From NCBI GenBank assembly GCA_964016885.1, contig OZ024742.1:362886001-362950000 (forward strand): a stretch of DNA of 64,000 nt. Reading direction: 5' to 3'. Below the pieces are notes generated by a model. It saw only the letters and a list, made by a program, of their open reading frames with translations. It had not been told where the DNA came from and ran no database searches. Below, piece after piece: positions 1 through 11,967 of this stretch. Both the position numbers and the translations under genes were made by a program. Numbering within the stretch: the stretch's first letter is position 1; every line of letters begins with the position of its first letter. Source of the DNA: Eledone cirrhosa. Lineage: Eukaryota.

Positions 1-692
1 GGAGGTTGAGACTGTGTCGATGAGTGTGGGGCTGAGAATGAATGAGACTAAAACAAAATATCTGGTAGCGAATGTTGAGAAGCCAGAGGGGATCACTAAT
101 GTAGGCGGGAAGCCGCTAGAATTGGTTGAGGACTTTCTGTATTTGGGAGCAAAGATTGGGAATACGGAAGATGATGTGGTTGAGAGGAAGAGCAAAGCCT
201 GGGCGGCGTGCCACAGCTTGAGATCGGTGTGGAAGTCGGAACTTCGTAAAGACCAGAAAATCCGCCTCTTCATTGCTGTATTGGAATCTGTGCTGCTATA
301 CAGGTCTGAGACATGGACACTGACCAAAAACTCACTCAGATGGTGGATGGGTGCTACACGAGAATGTTGAGGATGGCTCTGAACATTAATCAGTATACAC
401 TGAGGATGAAACACTCAGAGTTGTATGGGAGCCTCCCAAATGTCAGCTCAAAAGTGACACAGAGGAGATTGAGGTTAGCTGGACATGCTCACCGATACCC
501 AGAGTTGACATTGCACTCAGTGCTCATGTGGGAGCCCCTACATGGACACACTGGAAGAGGAAGACCAAGGTTAACGCATGTTGATGTCCTAAGGACAGAC
601 ACTGGTCTGTTGGAGACATGGAAGCGATAATGAGGGACCGAGACCGCTGGAGAGAACACGTCCATGGATCTCAGGAATTTCCCCCGCCCTAG
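1..692 (+). mobile_element. RTE-like non-LTR retrotransposon 3' end (frameshifted RT C-terminus)
   Basis: Overlapping ORFs 14-370 and 313-630 contain GLRMNETKTK, FLYLGA, SVLLY-SETWTLT, RMLRMALNI, RRLRLAGH and GRGRPRLT, motifs typical of RTE ORF2. Ends in A/(TA)n. Confidence 0.9.
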
Positions 693-707
693 AAAAAATA
701 AATAATA

Positions 708-760
<53 letters not shown>

Positions 761-766
<6 letters not shown>

Positions 767-1115
767 AAAAAGAGATGAAATCGAAAATGCAACTGAAGTC
801 TTATTTTTTTAAAAAATATATATATTTATTTGGTTCCTTTACCGGTTTCGCAGTTCTTCTGCTTTACAAAAGGTGAGTTGAGATGGAGGGTCTGTGGTTT
901 TTCTCACATGATGTGAGAAAAACCACAGACCCTCCATCTCAACTCACCTTTTGAAAAGCAGAAGAACTGCGAAACCGGTAAAGGAACCAAATAAATATAT
1001 ATATTTTAAAAAAAAATAAGACTTCAGTTGCATTTTCGATTTCATCTCTTTTTCTTTATACTTCCACTCGTGTAGGACACCTCTGTTATTTTTCATTTTG
1101 TAAAAAAAACCTCAC

Positions 1116-1157
<42 letters not shown>

Positions 1158-1795
1158 GTGAGGTTTTTTTTACAAATTGAAAAATAACCGAGGTGTCCGA
1201 CACGAGTGAAAGTATAAAGAAAAAGAGATGAAATCGAAAATGCAACTGGAGTCTTATTTTTTAAAAAAATATATATATTTATTTGGTTCCTTTACCGGTT
1301 TCGCAGTTCTTCTGCTTTTCAAAAGGTGACTTGAGATGGAGGGTCTGTGGTTTTTCTGACATCTGGTTGGTCTCTGAATGTTACTTATTTTATATGGAAA
1401 AAGTGGCTCGAAATACCAGGTTTTTCTAGAAGTAATTTGATTGGTTTGTCAATAATTATAATAAATTCAAACATTCATATATGATAAAACAACCTGTGAC
1501 AACCCCCCCTCTTATTTGAAGAACCATTGTCACGCGAACTGGCGCGAAATTTATTATAATTATTGACAAACCAATCAAATTATTTCTCGAAAAACCTGGC
1601 ATTTCGAGGCACTTTTTCCATATAAAACAAGTAACATTCAGAGACCAACCAGATGTGAGAAAAACCACAGACCCTCCATCTCAACTCACCTTTTGAAAAG
1701 CAGAAGAACTGCGAAACCGGTAAAGGAACCAAATAAATATATATATCTTTTAAAAAAATAAGACTCCAGTTGCATTTTCGATTTCATCTCTTTTT

Positions 1796-1800
<5 letters not shown>
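761..1800. mobile_element. (TA)n-flanked PLE-end-like repeat (family A) in multiple inverted segments
   Basis: Segments 761-909 and 911-1122 form a hairpin centred at 910. After (TA)n, 1151-1467 folds back into 1468-1800. The same sequence recurs at 8593-9909. Confidence 0.75.
947..984 (+). ncRNA. Minimal type I hammerhead ribozyme, U3-A8 core variant (family A)
   Basis: cctt-TTGAAAA-gcag(aagaa)ctgc-GAAA-CCGG-TA-aagg: stem I, variant core, stem II, palindromic stem III and a GUA triplet. Further copies at 836-873 (-, A6 mutated), 1289-1326 (-), 1689-1726 (+) and 8730-8766 (-). Confidence 0.75.
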
Positions 1801-1856
<56 letters not shown>

Positions 1857-1858
<2 letters not shown>

Positions 1859-2117
1859 TAAAAGAATAGAGGTGTAACACACGAGTTATGATATATTGGT
1901 AAACGGAAAAGAAAATGCTGACAAATTGTTCCCAGTGAAAAATAGTTTAATTAGGAATAAGTAAAAATTAGTATTCAGTTTTGGTTTTAAGTTTTACCTG
2001 TTTGGATTTAAGTTTTACCTGTTTTACTAACCAATACTATTACTAATTTTTACTTATTCCTAATTAAGCTATTTTTCACTGGGAACAATTTGTCAGCATT
2101 TTCTTTTCCGTTTACCA

Positions 2118-2120
<3 letters not shown>
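1857..2120. mobile_element. PLE-end-like repeat family B, short fold-back copy
   Basis: Starts aaagaatagaggtgtaacac as at 3177. 2040-2120 is the reverse complement of 1892-1972. (TA)n on both sides. Confidence 0.7.
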
Positions 2121-2151
<31 letters not shown>

Positions 2152-2258
2152 TTTCAGGTTATCAATAATGTAGTGATAATATAACGTCACGTTAGAGATG
2201 AACAGCGTACGTGTAGGTTTGCTCAACGAGTATAAATTATATTCCGGAGAAAATGTAG

Positions 2259-2478
2259 AAAAGATGAATATAAAATGAAAGTGCTTTTATAAAGGAATTT
2301 ATTAGGTATTGACATATGTTTCTGTAACAGACGGAATACCTATGTATCGCTGCTTGCGTAATCACTGCTTGGGGAATCATGATTACGCAAGCAGCGATAC
2401 ATAGGTATTCCGTCTGTTACAGAAACATATGTCAATACCTAATAAATTCTTTTATAAAAGCACTTTCATTTTATATTC

Positions 2479-2486
<8 letters not shown>
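2259..2486. repeat. ~105-bp-arm inverted repeat with hammerhead remnant
   Basis: Arms 2259-2364 and 2380-2486. The right arm has taggtatt...GAAA-CATATG-TC-aataccta followed by AATAAA, but the CUGANGA core is missing. Confidence 0.7.
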
Positions 2487-2547
<61 letters not shown>

Positions 2548-2555
<8 letters not shown>

Positions 2556-2770
2556 CGTAAAATAAGAAAATTATAAAAATTAACTTACTTACTAAAATTT
2601 CATTCCAACTAGTTAGTTTCTAATTTTTATAATTCTTCTTATTTTACGTCTCTCATATTATTGTTCTGCATCTCCATGCATTGAACCACAAAGTTACTAA
2701 GACAAAACATATATATTTGCTGGCATAGGTATGCATCTGTATATATATGACAGTAGATGTACTAATTCTT
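2548..2770. mobile_element. PLE-end-like family D fragment with fold-back
   Basis: Same sequence as 56538-57250. 2548-2620 is inverted relative to 2621-2770. Confidence 0.7.
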
Positions 2771-2819
2771 TATATATATATATAAATGGTCCACCTGGTT
2801 CCTTACCACTTTTCCTTCG

Positions 2820-2892
<73 letters not shown>

Positions 2893-2897
2893 ATTGG

Positions 2898-2930
<33 letters not shown>

Positions 2931-3022
2931 ATTGGATTCGCAATCGTAAGGTTGTGAGTTCGATTCCTCTATCAGGCGATGCGTTATGTCCTTGAGCAAG
3001 ACACTTTATTTCACGTTGCTCC
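2931..3022 (+). mobile_element. tRNA/CORE-type SINE fragment
   Basis: B-box-like gagttcgattcc followed by the CORE-like gtccttgagcaagacactttatttcacgttgctcc. Confidence 0.65.
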
Positions 3023-3119
3023 TTCTACCTGGAGTTGCGACCGATAGATAGTATTAGCAATTGGAAAGACCAACGGAAACATTGTTCCCTCGGTCCGATT
3101 TTACGAAAGTCGATCGTTC

Positions 3120-3174
<55 letters not shown>

Positions 3175-3177
<3 letters not shown>

Positions 3178-3692
3178 AAAGAATAGAGGTGTAACACACA
3201 AGTTATTATATATTGGTAAACGGAATAGAAAATGCTGACAAATTGTTCACAGTTGAAAAATGGTTTAATTAGGAATAAAAGAGTATTAGTGATTGTATGG
3301 GTTAGTATTCAGTTGTGGTTTTAAGTTTTTAAGTTTTTACCGGTTGCGCATTTCTAAATGCTTTTCAAAAATAATTTTGAGATAGAGTGTCCGTGCTGTT
3401 TGCTCTGATCTGATTAGTTTTGGGAATTCTACCTGTTTTTATGTTAAAAAAATGGCTCCAGCGTTATTTTTGTGTTGTAAAAATGCTTGTGGTCAAAACA
3501 ATTTTGATTGGTCGGTAGAGGTCATGTGAATGTAAAAAGTTGATTTTGCGCCAAGACTGTTTTTATGTTAAAATGTTAGAAAAGTGGCTCCAGCCAAAAT
3601 TATGGTCAAAACAATTTTGATTGGTCGGTAGAGGTCATGTGGATAAAAAATTGGTTTTGCGCCAAGATTGAGAAATGACTCTTTCACAACAA

Positions 3693-3750
<58 letters not shown>

Positions 3751-3819
3751 TAGTAGTAGTAAGGTGTTCGATGCTGCGACAATAGCCACCAGCGATGTGT
3801 GTCAAATGGCTATTAAGAT

Positions 3820-3855
<36 letters not shown>

Positions 3856-4243
3856 ACATACACACAGCAGAGTCATTCGAAGGTCATTTTAACATAAAAA
3901 CAGTCTTGGCGCAAAATCAACTTTTTACATTCACATGACCTCTACCGACCAATCAAAATTGTTTTGACCACAAGCATTTTTACAACACAAAAATAACGCT
4001 GGAGCCATTTTTTTAACATAAAAACAGGTAGAATTCCCAAAACTAATCAGATCAGAGCAAACAGCACGGACACTCTATCTCAAAATTATTTTTGAAAAGC
4101 ATTTAGAAATGCGCAACCGGTAAAAACTTAAAAACTTAAAACCACAACTGAATACTAACCCATACAATCACTAATACTCTTTTATTCCTAATTAAACCAT
4201 TTTTCAACTGTGAACAATTTGTCAGCATTTTCTATTCCGTTTA

Positions 4244-4248
<5 letters not shown>
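3175..4248. mobile_element. PLE-end-like family B, large fold-back (~365-bp arms)
   Basis: 3211-3575 is the reverse complement of 3886-4248. The spacer holds an internal duplication and (GT)n. (TA)n flanks. Confidence 0.8.
4088..4126 (+). ncRNA. Hammerhead U3-A8 variant, degenerate (family B)
   Basis: ttt-TTGAAAA-gcatt(taga)aatgc-GCAA-CCGG-TA-aaa, with GAAA mutated to GCAA. Mirror copy at 3335-3372 (-). Confidence 0.55.
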
Positions 4249-4294
<46 letters not shown>

Positions 4295-4560
4295 GGATAC
4301 TATTTATGGTTATGTATATACTAAAACTTTTTATAGTTATATATATTTTCAACCCTAAACAGTGAAGGTCGGTAATTAATTACTACCTTATTACCAGTAA
4401 GATAAATAGCTCAATGTAATAACATCAGTTGTTCTACAGAGCAGTTATATAAAATTCACAAGAATCAAAGCTATGTTCAAAGCATTTGTATCAAACATAT
4501 GTATCTGTATGTCTCTTGCATTGGAAAGGAGGTCAATCATGTGTACAAACATTGAAAAAT

Positions 4561-4612
4561 GCTCTCCGAAGACCCCAAGCCTAGGTTTGGATGAAACAAT
4601 TGTAAGTTAATA
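4561..4612 (+). ncRNA. Degenerate minimal hammerhead at a PLE-like 3' end
   Basis: CCGAAGA...ccaagc/gtttgg...GAAA-CAATTG-TA then AATAAA. Resembles 10707-10751. Confidence 0.45.
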
Positions 4613-4653
4613 AATGCTTTGAACATAGCTTTGATTCTTGTGAATTCTCTCTA

Positions 4654-4713
<60 letters not shown>

Positions 4714-5550
4714 CGTGTGCGTGTGCGTGTGTGTGTGTGTGTGAGAAGGTAGATGAGGTTTTGTTTATGTATATCAGGAATAAATGCTTAGACAAGAAAA
4801 CTTCTTACCAGAGAGTTTGACAAGACGGTATCCTTTGAATCGCATAGGATATTATCCAAGTAGGGGAATATAGGTCCAGAAGAGTTCACGGAGTATATTA
4901 ATATTAGCAAGTATTGCACCAAGATAAATATAAACGTCGGCGTGAAGGAGATTATGAATTTATTTGCTTTAAAATAATTTTCCGTGCCTATTATAATCTT
5001 CTCCATATGCTGACTACAATATATATTGTGCCATCATATGTAATACGTAATTATTTATCACACTTTATCAGAAAGCCTATAGTAGTGGAAGTGACTATTC
5101 ACTACTGGGTAGGGTTTAGCAATGGGATTTTCGTTTAAGAAAATGTAAATAAGTTAAAATGACAATAAAAATAGAATGAAATCTAGTCAGTTAGTGTGAT
5201 AGTAGAGAGGAGAGGGAGTGGGAGTAAAGAGTTTCACATTATTAATCTTTGTGTTGTGATGTGGAACAACTATTTTTTTACTAATGGTATGGGTGAAGGT
5301 TTAGAGTTTTCCCATATATGGTAGAGAGGGTAGAGAAGGTATAAAGAGAAGGACAGAAAATTAGAGGGTAGAAATTAAGTGTAGAGTGGGTAGGAAGAAA
5401 GGAATTAAGAAAATGGATTGATTTGAATATTACTGAATTCATTAGAAAGGTGTGAGAAGTTCAAATGCCACCGACGCTTATATATTTCTTGGTGCAAAAC
5501 TACGTTTTATCTATCTATCTATCTCTCTCTCTCTATATATATATATATAC

Positions 5551-5745
5551 GTAGGTCCCGGGTTGAGTCGGGGATAACCACAGTAAGTAAGGTACTCAAT
5601 ACATGGCAGAGTAAATTTTTTTTATTTTATAGAAGGAACTTCTACAGGACTAGTACTGTTTCATTCAGATGAAATCTTCAGCTTCCTGAAGATTTCATCT
5701 GAATGAAATAGTACTAGTCCTGTAGAAGTTCCTTCTATAAAATAA
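5551..5745. mobile_element. PLE-end-like family C with fold-back through its hammerhead
   Basis: Inverted repeat centred near 5683. The same family occurs at 18365-18492 and 49586-49735. Confidence 0.7.
5681..5729 (+). ncRNA. Type I hammerhead ribozyme (family C)
   Basis: gcttc-CTGAAGA-tttc(atct)gaat-GAAA-tag(tactagtc)ctg-TA-gaagt. Confidence 0.7.
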
Positions 5746-5803
5746 AAAAAATAAAAATATATATATATATATTCATACATAGATACAAACATATGTATAT
5801 TTG

Positions 5804-5837
<34 letters not shown>

Positions 5838-6244
5838 TCGTGCGTTCAATAATTAGAAGGTAAATATATTAAAAGAAATATAATCTTTTCAAACATAAGT
5901 GTCATACAGAAATGAAGCCCCTTGAATTGGATACTTTTTGACGACGAAGGTTGGTCAGGACATTTGAAATTGAAGAAGCGGTGAGAGAAAAAATATACTA
6001 CAAAACACCCTTTCTGAGGTACAAATTGCAAACCCATCGCTTTCATTTCGACTTAATACTAGGGTTGGAAATTTTCATAATATAATAGAACAGTGTGGCA
6101 TTGGGAAGCGGTGATTGGGGCCAAAGGTTTTGACGTGCAAAATGTGTGACAACCGACACCGGGAATTTGAAACAACCTCGAAATTTATTGAAAATATGTT
6201 TCTTAATTTACATGAGCATTCCATGAGATCATAACATCTCGAAA

Positions 6245-6610
6245 GAGTTTGGAAAGCTCAGTAATTATAATGGTCTATCAATTGAAATTGCGAAAATGTG
6301 GTATCTTAAGGCCTGTACTGAACCAGTGATTGTCGGTTCACTTGGAATGATAAGAAAGGGAACTTTAAAATATTTGGACCTGATACCTGGAAAGCCATCC
6401 TTGCTAGCGATACATAAAATAGTTTTGACTGGTACTGTCCATATCATGAGGAAGGCATTATCAATTTAAAAATCTTGCAAAGACATTTACTGTTGTTTGT
6501 GCTCATGTAACATCATCTGTGTGAAAATTGATTGTAAAATGTGTGTTTTATCAAATATTGTCTAAAGTGTAAGGTGGACACACGGCATGATTTGGCAAGT
6601 TTCAAGTAAT
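6245..6610 (+). mobile_element. R4/Dong-like non-LTR retrotransposon 3' end (restriction-like endonuclease C-terminus)
   Basis: Reads YNGLSIEIAKMWYLK...PVIVGSLGMIRKG...IHKIVLTGTVHIMRKALSI*, then a 3' UTR and an (AAT)n-like tail. Confidence 0.75.
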
Positions 6611-6680
6611 AATAGCAATAATAATAAAGATGATGATGATGATGATGATGATAATAACAATAACAACAACAACAACAGTA

Positions 6681-6789
6681 ATTGTTCCTACTTTTGGTAC
6701 AAAGTCAGTAATTACCCTGTACATGACCGTAACACTATGCGTCAAAGCATGGCGTCCGACCCTCTACCGATACTGCCAATCCATCGCCC
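6681..6789 (-). mobile_element. tRNA-derived SINE (family S1), internally deleted
   Basis: Reverse complement of the head (ggattggcagtatcggtagagggtcggacgccatgc) and tail of 11228-11411. Confidence 0.75.
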
Positions 6790-6825
6790 AACAACAACAA
6801 CAACAACAATAATAATAATAATAAC

Positions 6826-6865
<40 letters not shown>

Positions 6866-6867
6866 TA

Positions 6868-7426
6868 AAGGCTGGAGACATGATGTGATAGGCAGGGTGA
6901 TCCACTGGCATCTATGCAAAGTAAACAATTTACGACATTCTGAGAAGTGGTATGAGCATAAGCCAGAGTCGGTGATAGAAAAGGATCAGGTGAAGGTGCT
7001 ATGGTATTTTAGAATACAGACAGACCAGAAATTAGAACACAATAGGTCTTACCTAGGGTCTTTGACAAGAAAAAAAGATCGTGCCTGGTTGTAGATGTAG
7101 CCTGCCCCTTTGACACGAGAGTGCAAGAAAAGGAGAAGGAGAAAATTAACTTAAAGTCGGAGGTAAAAAGGATTTGGAACTGCCATGAAATCAAGGCCGT
7201 CCCCATTGTCATAGGCGCACTAGGTACTCTCTCAAAGAGTTTTTCAAGGATGGTTAAAGAAGATTAGTCCAGCCCCGCTTTTTGGAACACTTCAAAAGGC
7301 ATGCTTGCTGGGAACAGCAACAACCCTCCGATACGTCCTGAATATCTGAGGCTGCAGGTAGCGGCTTGATATTCATTTCAACAAACTTTCTAGTTAAACA
7401 ACATCAATGACTGAGAATAAAAGAAA

Positions 7427-7428
<2 letters not shown>
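6868..7428 (+). mobile_element. R4/Dong-like LINE 3' end inserted in (TAA)n
   Basis: RHDVIGRVIHWHLCK...WYEHKPESV...FRIQTD...VVDVACPFD...PIVIGALG...LQKACLLGTA, across frameshifts. (TAA)n on both sides. An extra 3'-end fragment lies at 7480-7530. Confidence 0.9.
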
Positions 7429-7481
<53 letters not shown>

Positions 7482-7545
7482 TTCAATCCAACGGACTTTC
7501 CAGTTAACCAACATCAATGACTGAGATTCAAGGAATAACAATAAC

Positions 7546-7581
<36 letters not shown>

Positions 7582-8065
7582 CTGATATAATAATGGCTCT
7601 GCCAATTCGCCGCCTATTAAGCTGGTTGGTGAAACGAAAACTATTCCAAGCGTCACGTAATCGTATCCAGCTTGCAAACATTTTCTAGCACAGTTTTTAT
7701 CTTTTCCTGCCAAGTTATACAAATAACGGAGTTGTTATTAAAATAAAACAAAAAAACAATTAAATAAATTTCATGTGTAAAAAAAGGGCCACGGCTAAAG
7801 TAAATTTTCGAAATGTTAGATCGATATATCTTTTATCTGTATCCAATCTCAACGTGATTAAATATTATTCGTTAAGAAAACCTAATTATGATGTTAAACG
7901 TGTCCTATCTCACATTCGAACGAAAAACACTTTTTGTAATATTTGTTTTTTATTTGATTCCTTCTATATCTTTCCCTTTCATCTCTTGTCATTATTGACA
8001 TATTGCACAGGTACATTCTCTTACAACAACATTCGCTGTAACAATATATATATATATATATATAT

Positions 8066-8199
8066 ATGAAAAGATTCAGGACCCCCATGGCTGAGTTCCG
8101 GCCCTTTCGACAGTTAGATATATTACCCACTCTACTACCCCGAATATCGAGTAATCCTGTGCGTTATGGTCCACCCGGTATCTTACCACACCCTCTTTG

Positions 8200-8202
<3 letters not shown>
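8066..8202 (+). mobile_element. PLE 3'-end family E fragment
   Basis: Shares gcgttatggtccac...ttaccacac...ttgtta(TA)n with 2786-2820, 18549-18738, 22887-22998 (-), 51285-51342 and 56346-56482 (-). Confidence 0.65.
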
Positions 8203-8246
<44 letters not shown>

Positions 8247-8420
8247 TGTGTGTGTGTGTGTGTGTGTATGAGTGTGTGGTTGATTTGTTTGTTTATCCAA
8301 ATAGCAAGAGTTCATCATCGGTTCATTTACAACATATCGATTTGTTGTTAAATTGTCAGAAAGTCAGATATTTATAGAAATGGGTTCAATTTCTGTGAAT
8401 CTACATCACTGCGTAACTAT

Positions 8421-8516
<96 letters not shown>

Positions 8517-8592
8517 CTTATCGAGCCCTCTTTGGATTTTAGTTTTCAAATTTATTATTATTATTATATATGTATATATATATATATATATA

Positions 8593-9294
8593 TTAGAAAG
8601 TGGGGTTTTTTATTACAAATTGAAAAATAACCAAGGTGTCCAACACGAGTGAAAGTATAAGGAAAAAAAATGAAATCGAAAATGCAACTGGAGTCTTATT
8701 TTAAAAAAAATATATATATTTATTTGGTTCCTTTACCGGTTTCGCAGTTCTTCTGCTTTTCAAAAGTAGAGTTGAGATGGAGGGTCTGCAGATTTTCTCA
8801 CATCTGGTTGTTCTCTGAATGTTACTTGTTTTATATGGAAAACGTGGCTCGAAATGCCAGGTTTTTCGAGAAGTAATTTGATTGGTTGGTCAATAATTAT
8901 AATAAATTTCGTGCCAGTTCGCGTTACAAAGTTCTTCAAACAAGGGGGGGGGGGTGTCACAGGTTGTTTTTTCATATATGAGCGTTTGAATTTCTTTTTA
9001 CTTAAAAAAAAAGGGGGGCTCACGAATGCTTTCTTTTAATAAACGTAATTTGATTGGTTATAAATGAAATTATGGCTGTCACGTGAACAAATTTCATTAA
9101 ATTTTCGCGCCCTTATTTGGAAATATATTCTGTAGCCTTTTTAGAGAATTTTATGACAAGTAAAAGATAATGGTCAAGAGAAATACGATGGGAGAATTGT
9201 TCTGGTTCAGTGAATAAGGTTAGTTCGCTGGGGTGTCAGAATTCAGATTTTCTAGTGAATAAAGAAAGTAAAGATATGTATGTTTATTTGTGTG

Positions 9295-9369
<75 letters not shown>

Positions 9370-9688
9370 CTGTGTGTCTGTTTGAATTTTTTTTTACTTA
9401 AAAAAAGGGGGCTCACGAGGCTTTTTTTTAATAAACGTAATTTGATTGGTTATAAATGAAATTATGGCTGTCACGTGAACAAGTTTTCATTAAATTTTCG
9501 CGCCCTTATTTAGAAATCTATTATGTAGCCTTTTTGGAGAATTTTATGACAAGCAAAAGATAATGGTCAAGAGAACTTGGATGGGAGAATTGTTCTGGTT
9601 CAGTGAATATGGTTATTTCGCTGGGGTGTCAGAATTCAGATTTTCTATTGAATAAAGAAAGTAAAGATATGTATGTTTATTTGTGTGC

Positions 9689-9729
<41 letters not shown>

Positions 9730-9909
9730 TGAATTTCTTTTTACTTAAAAAAAGGGGGGCTCACGAAAAAAAAGCATTCGTGAGCCCCCTTTTTATTAAG
9801 TAAAAAGAAATTCAAACACTCCTATATGAAAAAACAACCTGTGACCCCCCCCCTGTTTGAAGAACTTTGAAACGCGAACTGGCGCGAAATTTATTGACCA
9901 ACCAATCAA
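8593..9909. mobile_element. Family A long copy with internal ~350-400-bp tandem duplication and terminal fold-back
   Basis: Matches 1151-1467. The motif ttgaattt...aaaaggggg(g)ctcacg recurs at 8985, 9381 and 9729. Orientation flips near 9768. Confidence 0.75.
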
Positions 9910-10400
9910 ATGGCATCATCTGACTCAGCTCAAGTAACAGACCTCGTTGGAATATTTATTCTTAATGTACTACATAGTAAAATGCCAGAGATGGCCGGAG
10001 GTTTATATCGCGACGATATGTTACTTATAATCGAAAACCATAGCAATAGCGAACTTAATAGGAAAAAGAAATCTATCATAGAATTTTTCAATAATTACAA
10101 ACTTAAATTAGAAATTGAGAATAATAATAAAACTGGTAACTTCTTAGGTGTAACTTTAAACCTTAGCTCAGGTCTAAATCACCCTTTCCATAAGATTATT
10201 GAAAACCTAAACTACGTAAGCTTCCATTCTAACCATCCTAGAAATGTAAAAAAATACTATTGTCAATAGTGTCCAGCAACGAATTTCACGCATTTCAGCT
10301 AATAAAAATATTTTTAATAATAAGGCAGAATATTGCAATGATGCTTTACATAGAGCTGGCTATATGAGTAAAATTAAATACTTAGATAACAATAACATTG
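9910..10400 (+). pseudogene. Penelope-like element reverse transcriptase fragment
   Basis: SDSAQVTDLVGIFIL...GGLYRDDML...NFLGVTLNL...YVSFHSNHP, then a frameshift into RISRISANKNIFN...DALHRAGY. These are PLE RT motifs of the YRDD type. Confidence 0.9.
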
Positions 10401-10706
10401 TTATATATTAACAGCTAGGTTTAAAATTGTGGAAAGAGTGTCGGTGGTAGTGTTGACACGTGGAAAAAATTTCTGATTTTCTATTTAAAAGGTCTAGCTT
10501 AGAATAGATTATAGTGCGAGACTATACAAATAAATAGCATTAAATAAGGATTCACTTATAATATAATATAATGTATATTAACACATAGAATTTAATTAAT
10601 AGGATATATAAACAACTAACACTAGATTATATATTTTTCTGTTATACATAAATAAATTAGCTCCCTTCAGTGAAGATCTCCAATCACTTCTTTGAACTTT
10701 GCCAAC

Positions 10707-10751
10707 GCTCCGATGATCCCAAACGGCTGTTTGGAAGAAACAATTGTCAGC
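10707..10751 (+). ncRNA. Minimal hammerhead (U4 mutated) at a PLE 3' end
   Basis: gct-CCGATGA-tcccaaac(ggct)gtttggaa-GAAA-CAATTG-TC-agc followed by AATAAA. Confidence 0.65.
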
Positions 10752-10800
10752 AATAAAATGTATTAAACATAGATTTGATTGTTCTGTACTTTATATATAT

Positions 10801-11050
10801 AAAAGTGACACAGAGGAGACTGAGGTTAGCTGGACATGCTCACCGACATCCAGAGTTGACATTGCACTCAGTGCTCCATTGGGAGCCCCTACATGGACAC
10901 AGTAGAAGAGGAAGACCAAGGTTAACGTATGTTGATGCCCTAAGGACAGACACTGGTCTGTTGGAGACGCAGGACATGGCAGCGATAATGAGGGACAGAG
11001 ACCGCTGGAGAGAACTCGTCCATGGATCTCGGGAATTTTACCCGCCTTAG
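10801..11050 (+). mobile_element. 5'-truncated RTE copy (same family as 1-692)
   Basis: Highly similar to 450-692 (KVTQRRLRLAGHAHRHPEL...FYPP*). (TA)n flanks. Confidence 0.9.
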
Positions 11051-11227
11051 AATATATATATATATATATATTTATTAAAATAACAGATTAAAGTTTAAGC
11101 AAAGAATCGTTGCTTTCACCCTTAACTCTACGGTTCTTATATATATGATATATATTTATCCTTATCGAGCCCTCTTTGGATTTTAGTCTTCAAATTTATT
11201 ATTATTATTATTATTGTTCTTCAACGA

Positions 11228-11411
11228 AGGGGGGATTGGCAGTATCGGTAGAGAGTCGGACGCCATGCTTTGACGCTTAGTTACGGCCCTTGCCAATCTG
11301 AGTTCAAATCCCGCCGAGGTTAACTTTGCCTTTCATCCTTACGGAGTCGATAAAATAAAGTACCAGTAATGCACTGGGTAATTGGTGGCCTTGTGCCAAA
11401 AGTAGAAACAA
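11228..11411 (+). mobile_element. tRNA-derived SINE S1 (Meta/MESC-like central domain, from recall)
   Basis: A-box tggcagtatcgg, B-box gttcaaatcc, core actttgcctttcatccttacggagtcgataaaataaagtaccag, and an (att)n tail. Confidence 0.85.
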
Positions 11412-11429
11412 TTATTATTATTGTTCTTT

Positions 11430-11749
11430 GAGTCTCAGTCATTGATGTTAGTTAACTGGAAAGTTTGTTGAAATGAATATCAAGCCACTACCTGCAGCCT
11501 CAGATATTCAGGACGTATCGGAGGGTTCTTGCTGTTCCCAGCAAGCATGCCTTTTGAAGCGTTCCAAAAAGCGTGGCGGGGCCAATTTTCTTTAACCATC
11601 CCTGGAAACTTTTTGAAATAGTACCTATTGCGCCTATGACAATCGGGACCACTTTGACTTAATGGCAGTTCCAAATCCTTTTTACCTCCCACTTTAAGTC
11701 CTGGTATCGATTAATATTATCCCTCTCCTTCTCTTGCACTCTCGTGTCG

Positions 11750-11750
<1 letters not shown>
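11430..11750 (-). mobile_element. R4/Dong-like LINE 3' fragment
   Basis: Reverse complement of about 7110-7416 (DTRVQEKERDNINRYQDLKWEVKRIWNCH). (att)n flanks. Confidence 0.85.
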
Positions 11751-11789
<39 letters not shown>

Positions 11790-11967
11790 GATGGTTGTTT
11801 GTGTTTTTCCGTTGCAAATCCAAGATCTTGTATGTATATACATTATGGAGTCGAAGGGGCGTCATTATGATTTACAGTGTATCTTGGACTCTTTAAATAT
11901 TGTGAAGCTCAGCCTTCTCCATGCCTGAAATGAGCATTCATTTTCTCGGAGAGAGAGGGAGAGAGAT

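Noticed and set aside
4750-5500. Possible degenerate PLE endonuclease C-terminus with a short inverted repeat (4911-4946/5461-5503)
   Set aside because: No convincing motif in any frame, so left unannotated.
5838-6170. Possible decayed mariner (cgtgcgttcaataa end; DDEGWSGH resembling EDEPRSGRP)
   Set aside because: Too degenerate. No second TIR or DDD motif is visible.
11228-11320. tRNA gene
   Set aside because: The A and B boxes belong to a multi-copy SINE head, and there is no complete cloverleaf.
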